From: a bacterium
GTDB lineage: Bacteria; Patescibacteriota; Minisyncoccia; UBA6257; 02-FULL-45-10c
Length of the DNA: 64,000 nt
Direction of reading: 5' to 3'
Assembly (NCBI GenBank): GCA_021786945.1
Contig: JAJYMK010000003.1
Coordinates: 393,471-457,470 of the forward strand
How positions within the stretch are numbered: position 1 is the first letter of the stretch; every line of letters begins with the position of its first letter. The position numbers and the translations under genes were made by a program. This document shows, one piece after another, positions 17,528 to 25,938 of this stretch. Under the pieces are notes generated by a model that saw nothing but the letters and a program-made list of their open reading frames with translations, was not told the DNA's origin and made no database searches.

Positions 17528-19045
17528 TTAATTCTGGGCATTATAAATCGAAAGGATTTCCGATCCGGATAAAGCCCTATTATACATAGCAACCTCATCA
17601 ATTAATCCACTAAAGAATAATCCATCCGCCCTTTTTCCTATTTTTAAAGTATCAGAATTGCTGCCATAAGTCGTAACCCCTGTAGAAACGGAGTTATTCA
17701 AACTTCCATTAATATATAATTCAACTTTACTTCCAGAAGTAAACACCCCGGATAATAAAACCCATTGATCTAACGGAACAACATTTACTGAAATGACATT
17801 TACGCTATTAGTAAATGCCGCGAAACTAAGAATTCCGTCTGGATTTATACGAATTTCGTAATTTCCTCCCTGGTTAGTACTTTGTTTTGTTAAAATCTCA
17901 CGATAATCGCCATATCCAGAAATATAAACCCAAGCTGTCCAACTAAAACTTGATAGTTGATCAACGGTTGAAGAATCCGGAACTTCAACATAACTAGAAC
18001 TTCCATTAAAACTTAAACCACTTCCACTTTTTCCAGCTACCCAACTCGCCCCATTTATACTTCCATTATTTCCATTTCCAGAAGAATCATAAACTGAAGT
18101 TCCAGTGTTTTCGTTAAATTTCCAATAACCAGTAAGACCGGAAGAGCTTAAAATTGAAAACAAATTAGATCCCGTTCCTGTACCAGTATCCGTATTAGTC
18201 ACAACGACATTCCAAGTTCCGACCGCGGCTCCAGTTATCGGGCAAGAACCTCCGGTAATAGAAGTGGCCGATGCTATAGTGAAACCGGTACAAGTTATAT
18301 CTGATTGGCCTGATTTTGTTAATTTTAATGTAGCGCCCGAAACAAAACCAGTTCCGGTAACCGAAGTCAAAGAAATTGAAGCATTATTATAGGCAAATTT
18401 AGAATTTATAGCCGTGACCGTAACCGTTCCCGGCCCTCCCCCTCCGGCAACATCGGTACCAAGAGCGGTATCAAGACTAAGATTATTTCCGATTTCAAAT
18501 CTGGTTGATTTTTGTCCCCCATCATTGGCAGCATTAGCAGCAAGGTATTTTTCTGATTCCATGGTAGCAGAAAGAGCCCAAGAGCCAGGGATATAGGTGT
18601 AGTAGTAACCATTGGCTACGGTATTGACTGGATCTATGGGAAGACTGGAGAAAAGGGTTCCGGCAGAAGATTGGACAGAAGCTAAATTAACCGGTATCCA
18701 GCCTGTACCGTCTATATTTCTGTAGTTGGCAGAAGTGGAGCAATGATAGCTACCACTGCTGAGAACTGGGAGACCAAGATCGGAACAATCAGCTTGGGCG
18801 CTGGGTAAAGATACGTAGACATCTCCATGGGTACCCATACTGGTACTACCTCCGAAGGATTAATACAGAAGAAGAGCTTGGTTGATAGATGTTAATTCTG
18901 TGATTCTATTGGCATCTCTGGATTGCTTAACTAACTGAGCTGGGTTTATGACTAAGAGAACTGTTGTTGCTAAGACTGCTAATATACCTATGACTATGAG
19001 TAGTTCTATGAGAGTGAAGGCTTTTTGGGATCCTATGCGATTCAT
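17528..19045 (-). pseudogene. type IV pilin-like N-terminus (18860-19045) and LamG lectin-domain ORF (17528-18838) in the same frame, interrupted by an in-frame TAA at 18860-18862
   Basis: prepilin class III signal KAFTLIELLIVIGILAVLA in the 61-aa ORF; 207-nt offset between the two ORFs is a multiple of 3; seven in-frame codons (SFGGSTS) link them; the downstream ORF has a LamG domain (WTAWVYISGYGDYREIL...LIDEVAMYNRALS) but no signal peptide of its own. Confidence 0.5.
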
Positions 19046-19093
19046 GTATTAATTATTTTAGCATAATTAAAAAAATGATAAAATTAACAAGAT

Positions 19094-21169
19094 ATGGCTT
19101 TTGTACCCAAAAAAAATATTTCCGGAAAACTTCACGACATCAAACATGACTCAAAGAAAAAATACCCGTCAACCGAAAAAAACGGAAAATTTTTATTTTC
19201 AAATAAAAAAAGCGGGGCTGCCAACAAAAAAAGTAAAAAATATCTGATAAGTGCAATATTTTTAATCATTATAATTTCTGCAAGTGTTTATTTTTTGTCC
19301 ATAAAAAATTCTATCGGAAACTCCATCAATTATATAAGGTACCAAATGCAAATTCTGAAAGAATCAGTTTTTAACACACAAACTTCAGAAATGTCCGATT
19401 CCCTGAATGCTATAAATTCGGAAATTCAAAACATGGGAACTAAAGCCAATAATTACGGAGTTATGGAGCTTCTCGGAATAATCGGCCAATTCAACAGCTC
19501 GCTCAAAGAAATCCCAGGAGCTTTCAATAGTATTTCCGCAATAAGCCAGAAATCAGCTCAAATTGCCGCAAATATAGATTATTTAAAAAATAATGCGCTT
19601 GGAATGATATTCGGCCAAAAAGGTGCGGAACTTACGGAAAAACTGGATTCCCTGGAAACAAATCTGGACTCACTTGAAAAACTTACAACAGAATTCAAAA
19701 GTCAGGCTCTCAAAATAAAAGATCTTAATTATAATTTAACCTCAATTTATAAAAATTTTGATGACAACTACCTTTCAATTGTATTAAGCGTATATAAAGC
19801 TAAAGAGTTAGTTTCGGCTCTTAACACTTTAATTAAATCTCCCGATGATACAAGAATATTATTACTTTTCCAGAACCCAACAGAAATCAGGCCGGCGGGA
19901 GGATTTATCGGCAGTTTCGGATACATAACTTTGAATCAAGGAAGTATAAAAGAAATAAAAATAGACGATATTTACAATGCCGACAGGCAACTAAATATTA
20001 AAGTTGCTCCACCTAGGCAGCTAAGCGCTATTACAACCGAATGGGGGGCTAGGGATGCCAACTGGTTTTTTGACTTCCCTGTTTCCGCACAAAAAGTTTC
20101 TTATTTCCTGGAAAATTCAAAATTATTCAATGATGATCAAATCAAATTCGAAAATGTGATAGCCATAAACACTAACTTTTTTAAATCTCTTATAGATATA
20201 ACCGGCCCAATAGAAATACCTCAGTATGAACTTACCATAAATAGTGATAATTTTTTGCAAGAACTTCAATATGAAGTGGAGGCCGGACAAGATAAAAAAC
20301 CGGGACAAAATCCAAAGAAAATTCTCTCGGTTTTAACACCGCTTCTTATGGATAAAATAAAAAACCTGGACGATAACGGAAAAATAAAAATGGTGAATGA
20401 AATTAAAAGATCTGTAGAGCAAAAAGATATAATGGCATTTTCCGTTAATGATGACCTGCAAAAAATATTCAGGCAATACGGATTATCCGGAGAACCTTTT
20501 GTAATTCCCAAATATTTTAGCGGTGATTATCTTGCCATAATTAACACAAACGTTGCCGGAGGAAAAAGTGACGCATTTATAAATCAACAAATACTGCTTC
20601 AAAGCCAAATTACCGAAGACGGAACAATCTACAACAACCTCTCCATATCCAGAACGCATTCCGGACAAAATGAGAAAGATTGGTGGTACAAATCGACCAA
20701 TAAAGATTTTATTAAAATTTGGCTGCCTTTAAATTCAGAAATTTTAAACGTATCAGGAAACAACGACTCTCCATATACATATATAAATCCGGCCAAAACA
20801 TTATTGAGAGACAACGATCTTAAAAATATGGAAAATACCTACATCTACAATGAAGATTATAAAATTTCCGAAGGGGAAGAAAATTATAAAAAATCCGTAG
20901 CAACTTGGATGACCACACCAGCGGGTAAAACCAAAGAATTAAAAATAACCTATAAAGAAAATAAGATTCTGGATATTAAGGACGGAGCGCAATTTAATTT
21001 CGTATTCGATAAGCAATCCGGGGTTCAAGGCTCTCTAGAGTATGAAATCATAGCTCCTCCCGGCTATATTTGGGCGGAATCCAAAAACACGAAATTTTCT
21101 TACGGAACACAGGATCCGCTTTACAGGGAAGGTATAAAGCTGACACTTAAACAAAACCTACCTCAATAA
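19094..21169 (+). CDS. large N-terminally membrane-anchored extracellular protein, DUF4012-like (tentative)
   Basis: N-terminal TM helix, 691 aa, segment LLLFQNPTEIRPAGGFIGSFGYI; this motif is recalled from DUF4012-family proteins and was not checked. Confidence 0.4.
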   Translation: MAFVPKKNISGKLHDIKHDSKKKYPSTEKNGKFLFSNKKSGAANKKSKKYLISAIFLIIIISASVYFLSIKNSIGNSINYIRYQMQILKESVFNTQTSEMSDSLNAINSEIQNMGTKANNYGVMELLGIIGQFNSSLKEIPGAFNSISAISQKSAQIAANIDYLKNNALGMIFGQKGAELTEKLDSLETNLDSLEKLTTEFKSQALKIKDLNYNLTSIYKNFDDNYLSIVLSVYKAKELVSALNTLIKSPDDTRILLLFQNPTEIRPAGGFIGSFGYITLNQGSIKEIKIDDIYNADRQLNIKVAPPRQLSAITTEWGARDANWFFDFPVSAQKVSYFLENSKLFNDDQIKFENVIAINTNFFKSLIDITGPIEIPQYELTINSDNFLQELQYEVEAGQDKKPGQNPKKILSVLTPLLMDKIKNLDDNGKIKMVNEIKRSVEQKDIMAFSVNDDLQKIFRQYGLSGEPFVIPKYFSGDYLAIINTNVAGGKSDAFINQQILLQSQITEDGTIYNNLSISRTHSGQNEKDWWYKSTNKDFIKIWLPLNSEILNVSGNNDSPYTYINPAKTLLRDNDLKNMENTYIYNEDYKISEGEENYKKSVATWMTTPAGKTKELKITYKENKILDIKDGAQFNFVFDKQSGVQGSLEYEIIAPPGYIWAESKNTKFSYGTQDPLYREGIKLTLKQNLPQ

Positions 21170-21868
21170 AAAGCTTTTCAGCTCTTTGGGCAGCTTAGCT
21201 TCAAATTTAAGAATCTTTCCTTTTTTGTCCTTAAATTCTATGACTGCAGCATGAAGAAATTGCCTGCCTAATTCCGGAAACAAATCTTTTTTCCTGCCGT
21301 ATAATTTATCGCCCACGACCGGACAATGTATCGAAGCCAAATGAACTCTAATTTGATGTGTTCGTCCTGTTTTAGGAAAAACCCTCAATAAAGTTAAGTC
21401 CTGATTTTTTATTTTTAGTCTTTTTTCTACTTCGAAATCGGTAATTGCTTCCTTAACCATTTTTGCACTATGCACACTTCTTCTAGTTGTACCGCTTTTT
21501 ATTCCTATTGGTTTGTTTATTATCCCCTTCTCATTTTTTACAATACCGTAAACCAGAGCTAAGTAAGTTTTCCTTACTTCGTGCTTTTGAAAAAGCTTTT
21601 TAAAGTATTCAAAATAGTTATTATTAAGCGGAATAATCATCAGTCCCGAAGTCTCTTTATCTAGACGATGAACTATACCCGGACGATTTCTTGTATCGTC
21701 GCCCACATTTTTAACCTGAGGATAATTTTCTAAAAGCCAATCAACTAAAGTCTCTTCGTCTCTGTTCAAATCTTCCCGATTCAAAACAGACCTATGGACT
21801 AAAAGTCCAGCGGGCTTATTTATTATTAAAAAATTTTTATTTTGGGAAATTATTTCTGGTTTCAGCAT
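21158..21868 (-). CDS. RluA-family pseudouridine synthase
   Basis: catalytic HRLDKETSGLMII motif; 236 aa. Confidence 0.85.
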   Translation of the reverse strand: MLKPEIISQNKNFLIINKPAGLLVHRSVLNREDLNRDEETLVDWLLENYPQVKNVGDDTRNRPGIVHRLDKETSGLMIIPLNNNYFEYFKKLFQKHEVRKTYLALVYGIVKNEKGIINKPIGIKSGTTRRSVHSAKMVKEAITDFEVEKRLKIKNQDLTLLRVFPKTGRTHQIRVHLASIHCPVVGDKLYGRKKDLFPELGRQFLHAAVIEFKDKKGKILKFEAKLPKELKSFLLR

Positions 21869-21902
21869 AATTTAAAATATAATTTAATTTTACCAAAAAA
21901 GA

Positions 21903-21927
21903 AAAGGGCGCCGTTAGGCGCCCTTTA
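21903..21927 (-). terminator. Rho-independent terminator whose loop contains the stop codon of the 21914-22771 gene
   Basis: GGGCGCC-TAAC-GGCGCCC followed by a T-run on the minus strand; the reading frame ends ...GGC GCC TAA inside the hairpin. Confidence 0.6.
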
Positions 21928-22771
21928 TTGTATTGAACCATGAGCTTATTTCAGCAATGCTGGAACATCGCACGCTGCGGTTCTTATCGCGATAATATTC
22001 AATCTCGTTGAATTTACCGCGCTCCTTCCAGTTGTACTTATAGGGAGTGTAGATCCCGAAAAACCATAACCTCATGCCTATTTCTACGTCTTCTTTGTAT
22101 GTGTCGCCGACGCAGTAATAATGCAAGGCGGGATTTTTTCTTTTTATTTCCTTAATCTTGGCATTCTTGTGATTCGGAACCACGAAAAATCCGTCACAAT
22201 AAGCCATAATCCCCGCTTTCTCCAATGCCTTTCTTTTATCACCCTGGATCTCGTCGTCACCCTTGGTGAGAATGAAGATTTTTTCATCCAAGTTCTTAAG
22301 GAACTTGAACAAAGGAAGAACCTCCGGCCTTATAGCCTTAGGATATCTTTCCTTTAAAAAAACCCCCTTTCCAATAGCGCTTAATTTCTGAGCTATTTTC
22401 CTATCGAATTTAACATTCGCCTCTTTACAAAAATACTTATAGCATCTGACGAGAGAAAGAGGAAAACGCGATTTGTGAAGAAGATACGGCTTTTGTGTAC
22501 GAGGATTTATGTCGTACATCATACCAAGATCCAGATCGTGCTGCTTATCCAGAATTTTAACAACTGAAAACTTCCCGTTAAAAATACTGAAAAGCTCTCT
22601 GGAAAACTCATCCAAGGCACGCTCGTAAAAAACTCCCGTATCCATTAAAGGGCCATCGAGGTCAAAAACCCAGACGCCCCTCTCAGCCTTCCAGAAAAAT
22701 AAAACACATCTTATCCTTCTCAAAAGCTTCTCCCACCACGGAAGATTCGGATTCATATATCCCCCTACCAA
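21914..22771 (-). CDS. HAD-superfamily hydrolase-like protein (tentative)
   Basis: motif I-like VFDLDGPLMDT, downstream K and GD motifs; 285 aa. Confidence 0.4.
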   Translation of the reverse strand: MVGGYMNPNLPWWEKLLRRIRCVLFFWKAERGVWVFDLDGPLMDTGVFYERALDEFSRELFSIFNGKFSVVKILDKQHDLDLGMMYDINPRTQKPYLLHKSRFPLSLVRCYKYFCKEANVKFDRKIAQKLSAIGKGVFLKERYPKAIRPEVLPLFKFLKNLDEKIFILTKGDDEIQGDKRKALEKAGIMAYCDGFFVVPNHKNAKIKEIKRKNPALHYYCVGDTYKEDVEIGMRLWFFGIYTPYKYNWKERGKFNEIEYYRDKNRSVRCSSIAEISSWFNTIKGA

Positions 22772-22934
22772 TATTTGAGATTTTAAAGAACTTATCCTAA
22801 CTTGATTCTAAACACAAAATAAAATGCTTTGCAATAGAAAACCCGCGCTTTAAGCGCGGGTAAAAACAAACATAAGAAAATTAAGATTTAAATAAATTTA
22901 TTCTTTTAAATCTATTAATAGAACAATCTAAAGA

Positions 22935-23282
22935 TTATTTTTGTTTCGCTACTTTAGAAGTAGTAATATAAGAATTTAAAACTCTGCCAATATCCCTCAT
23001 AGCCAGAATTCCAAGACCCAATAAAGCTAAAATAACAATCTTTTTTAGAATAGAAGTTGTCCAAAAAGCACGGAACATATAAATTGCCACCACTAAAGGA
23101 TTCTGAGCGCTGGCTAAAAATGCATTTTCAAAAACTTTTTGCACAAAAACCAATTTTCCCAAAAAGAATAAGGCCAGAACTAAGATAACAAGCTCAAATA
23201 CAAATAAAGGAATTATTCTCTTAAAAAGCCAGATAAAATAAACTTTCCAGGCTATTTTATTTTTTATAGTATTGTTTTCCAT
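22935..23282 (-). CDS. small membrane protein directly downstream of the ECF sigma factor; putative anti-sigma factor
   Basis: two or three TM helices, position immediately 3' of the sigma gene; no sequence-level identification. Confidence 0.3.
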   Translation of the reverse strand: MENNTIKNKIAWKVYFIWLFKRIIPLFVFELVILVLALFFLGKLVFVQKVFENAFLASAQNPLVVAIYMFRAFWTTSILKKIVILALLGLGILAMRDIGRVLNSYITTSKVAKQK

Positions 23283-23287
23283 ATTAT

Positions 23288-23860
23288 TTATATGTTTTCT
23301 TCGGCGATTTGTTTAAAAACTCTTTTTGCTCTGAACATTCTCATTTTTAAAGCTGGCATGGATATTTTTTCTATTCTGGCAATATCCTCGTAGGATCTAT
23401 CCTCAAAATAAAATAACTTCAAAACTCTGGCCAAATGCTCGGGCATTTTAGCGATAATTTTGGCAACCCCCTCCTTCATATCCTTTTCCAAGCCCAAATC
23501 ATTATTGGAAGACAGGGATGAATTATCTTCATATAAAACTGGGTCGAGGTACTCCGTGTTTCCTCTTTCTTTTTTCAATTTTTGATAATGAGTAATAGAA
23601 GTGTTTATTAAAATCCTGTAAGCCCAACTTTTGAATTCTATTCCCGGACGCTTTTCGAAATTTTTGGCGTATTTATAAATCTTAACGAAAGTTTCTTGGA
23701 CAATATCCTCGGCTTCTTCCAAGTTTTTAGTTATTCCTCTGGCCGCTCTCAAAAAAGCATCTTTATATTTATCCACTAAAAACGAAAAATAAGCCGGATC
23801 CTCTTGCGACAAAATCAAAATCTCGTCATCTCTCAAATTGTTGGAGTTTGGTAAATCCAT
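23288..23860 (-). CDS. ECF-subfamily RNA polymerase sigma-70 factor
   Basis: region 2 (DIVQETFVKIYK) and region 4 HTH (SYEDIARIEKISMPALKMRMFRAKR); 190 aa. Confidence 0.8.
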   Translation of the reverse strand: MDLPNSNNLRDDEILILSQEDPAYFSFLVDKYKDAFLRAARGITKNLEEAEDIVQETFVKIYKYAKNFEKRPGIEFKSWAYRILINTSITHYQKLKKERGNTEYLDPVLYEDNSSLSSNNDLGLEKDMKEGVAKIIAKMPEHLARVLKLFYFEDRSYEDIARIEKISMPALKMRMFRAKRVFKQIAEENI

Positions 23861-23878
23861 TTTTAAAATTTATATTTG

Positions 23879-23950
23879 TGCGCCCTACAGGGATCGAACC
23901 TATGACCTTTTGCGTGTCATGCAAACGCTCTACCACTGAGCTAAGGGCGC
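23879..23950 (-). tRNA. tRNA-Val(GAC)
   Basis: hand-folded cloverleaf: GCGCCCT acceptor, anticodon loop ATGACAC, T-loop TTCGATC; no CCA encoded. Confidence 0.8.
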
Positions 23951-23962
23951 AGCGACCGACTG

Positions 23963-24034
23963 TGGGTGTGGTAGGAATCGGACCTACGACCTCTGTCTTA
24001 TCAGGACAGCGTTCTACCACTGAACTACACACCC
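23963..24034 (-). tRNA. tRNA-Ile(GAT)
   Basis: acceptor GGGTGTG, anticodon loop CTGATAA, T-arm GTAGG-TCCGATT-CCTAC; 12-nt spacer from tRNA-Val. Confidence 0.8.
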
Positions 24035-24040
24035 ATAAAT

Positions 24041-24271
24041 CTACTTCTGCATTTTTTCTATTTCTAAGGACTTAATCTTATCTATATCAAACTTTACTAC
24101 TTGTCCCCCGGCCATCTTACCGGCATTAAGCACGTCATTTATTTTTGTAGCTAAAATATTTATCGAATAAAAGATAAATATAAAAACTACAATAAACATT
24201 AAAATGCCTAAACCCAAAAAAGTCAAATCCTGCTTATTCTTTAATTTTGATTTTATATTATTCAAGTCCAT
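24041..24271 (-). CDS. small single-pass membrane protein, function unknown
   Basis: 76 aa, one TM helix, charged C-terminal tail. Confidence 0.3.
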   Translation of the reverse strand: MDLNNIKSKLKNKQDLTFLGLGILMFIVVFIFIFYSINILATKINDVLNAGKMAGGQVVKFDIDKIKSLEIEKMQK

Positions 24272-24276
24272 ATATT

Positions 24277-24795
24277 TTATCTAAAAAATACCTTACCGCT
24301 AATTGTTGCCGAATACCCCTGACCCTTCTTGGTTAAATCAACATTAACAATATCTATAAAATATCTCCCCCCCTCGACCCCTTTTATAAAATTAGAAACC
24401 GACTCATAAGGGCCAGTAACCAAAACCTTAAAATCAATTTTTCCCGGCTGATCACCAGATCCAATAGTCTCCTGGCCAAAAGTAAAGCCGAATTCAAGAT
24501 TATTTTTTCTGGCCATATCCTCTATTTCTTTAGAGAAAGATAATAATTGGTCGCGTGGGGGTAAAATATTTTCTAAAAAACTAAAATAAGGAGCGGCTTT
24601 ATCGGATTGACCGCGCAAAATAGCCAATGACTCCAAAGAATTTGATTTTGATGCCAAAGTAACATGCTGAAGTTTAATCTGGGAAAGCTTACTGTCCAAA
24701 TCGGACTGAAGCAAAAATACCATTACTATTAAAATAGTAATACCCAACAAATAGGCCCAATTACGCGTCAATAAATTTTTATAAAACTTATTCAT
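24277..24795 (-). CDS. N-terminally anchored protein, possibly PilO-like type IV pilus assembly component (tentative)
   Basis: N-terminal TM helix followed by a coiled-coil-like segment and a small alpha/beta domain, 172 aa; weak recognition only. Confidence 0.3.
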   Translation of the reverse strand: MNKFYKNLLTRNWAYLLGITILIVMVFLLQSDLDSKLSQIKLQHVTLASKSNSLESLAILRGQSDKAAPYFSFLENILPPRDQLLSFSKEIEDMARKNNLEFGFTFGQETIGSGDQPGKIDFKVLVTGPYESVSNFIKGVEGGRYFIDIVNVDLTKKGQGYSATISGKVFFR

Positions 24796-24913
24796 TGCCC
24801 AATTTTTTTATATATATCTATTTTAACACAAAAAATTAAAATTTTTGTATATAAAGAGAAAAAGAATTTTTAGTAACAACGGGGATAAAAAATGTATGTA
24901 GTATAATAAAAAA

Positions 24914-25921
24914 ATGTCCGAAAAAAATTTTAAAGAAAAAATATATTATAACGCTATAAACATCGCTCTTAATGGTGACTACCGTAAAATAAAATCTATA
25001 AAATCTAATGATTGGGAAAATTCTTGGAAAAATATTAAAAACAACTTTACCAACATCGATCCTGATAAAGAATTTAAAAAACTTGAAGAGGCTAAGATAA
25101 AATTAATACTAGAGAACGAAGAAGATTTTCCTAAAGAACTAAAAGAGATGCCTTGGCCGCCCTTCGCCGTCTATATTCTAGGAAATTTAAAAATAAAAAA
25201 AGCGGTTGCGATTGTTGGTACAAGAAAAGCGACAAATGTAGGGAAAAATTTGGCAAGAAAAATTGCCAAAGATTTTGCAGAAAAAAGTTTTTCAATAATA
25301 AGCGGCTTGGCCATAGGAATAGATGAGGCATCTCATGCCGGATGTCTTGAGATCTGCGGACATACCGTTGGCGTCTTACCTACCGGACTAAAAAATATAT
25401 ATCCGAAACAAAACCAGGGCTTGGCGCAAAAAATACTCGAAAATGGAGGAGCGCTTTTGAGCGAATTTCCGTCCGAATACCATCCCTATGCTTCAAGTTT
25501 TATACAAAGAAACAGAATAATTAGCGCGTTAAGCCAAGCGATTATAATAATCGAGGCTCCGGAAAAATCAGGGGCCTTGGCTACAGCAAGATTTGCCCTC
25601 GAACAAAACCGTGAAATATTTGTAATTCCCGGTCCGGCGGAACACCCAAATTACAAAGGATCGCATAAATTAATAAGAGAAGGTGCCAGGCTGGTAACTA
25701 ATTCAAACGATATATTTGAGGATTTGGGCATAGAAATGGAAGAACCGAATCCAGAAAAATTATCGGAAAAAATAACTAGTGAAGAGCGAATTGTTTTAGA
25801 AGCTATAAACCAGACTGGTTGGCCGGCTTCTGTTGACAAAATATCTGAAATATCTAAAATCCAAGTACAAAAGATAAATCAAATAATTGCTTTCCTGACA
25901 ATTAAGGGCATACTTAAATAA
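24914..25921 (+). CDS. dprA: DNA processing protein DprA/Smf
   Basis: Rossmann-like DprA core GTRKAT...ISGLAIGIDEASH...GHTVGVLPTGL..IYPKQN; C-terminal winged-helix. Confidence 0.85.
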   Translation: MSEKNFKEKIYYNAINIALNGDYRKIKSIKSNDWENSWKNIKNNFTNIDPDKEFKKLEEAKIKLILENEEDFPKELKEMPWPPFAVYILGNLKIKKAVAIVGTRKATNVGKNLARKIAKDFAEKSFSIISGLAIGIDEASHAGCLEICGHTVGVLPTGLKNIYPKQNQGLAQKILENGGALLSEFPSEYHPYASSFIQRNRIISALSQAIIIIEAPEKSGALATARFALEQNREIFVIPGPAEHPNYKGSHKLIREGARLVTNSNDIFEDLGIEMEEPNPEKLSEKITSEERIVLEAINQTGWPASVDKISEISKIQVQKINQIIAFLTIKGILK

Positions 25922-25938
25922 ACGTATCGAATAAAAAT

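Noticed and set aside
23826-24075. ORFs 23826-24032 (minus) and 23848-24075 (plus)
   Set aside because: Both are made of tRNA-Val and tRNA-Ile gene sequence. They are not coding.
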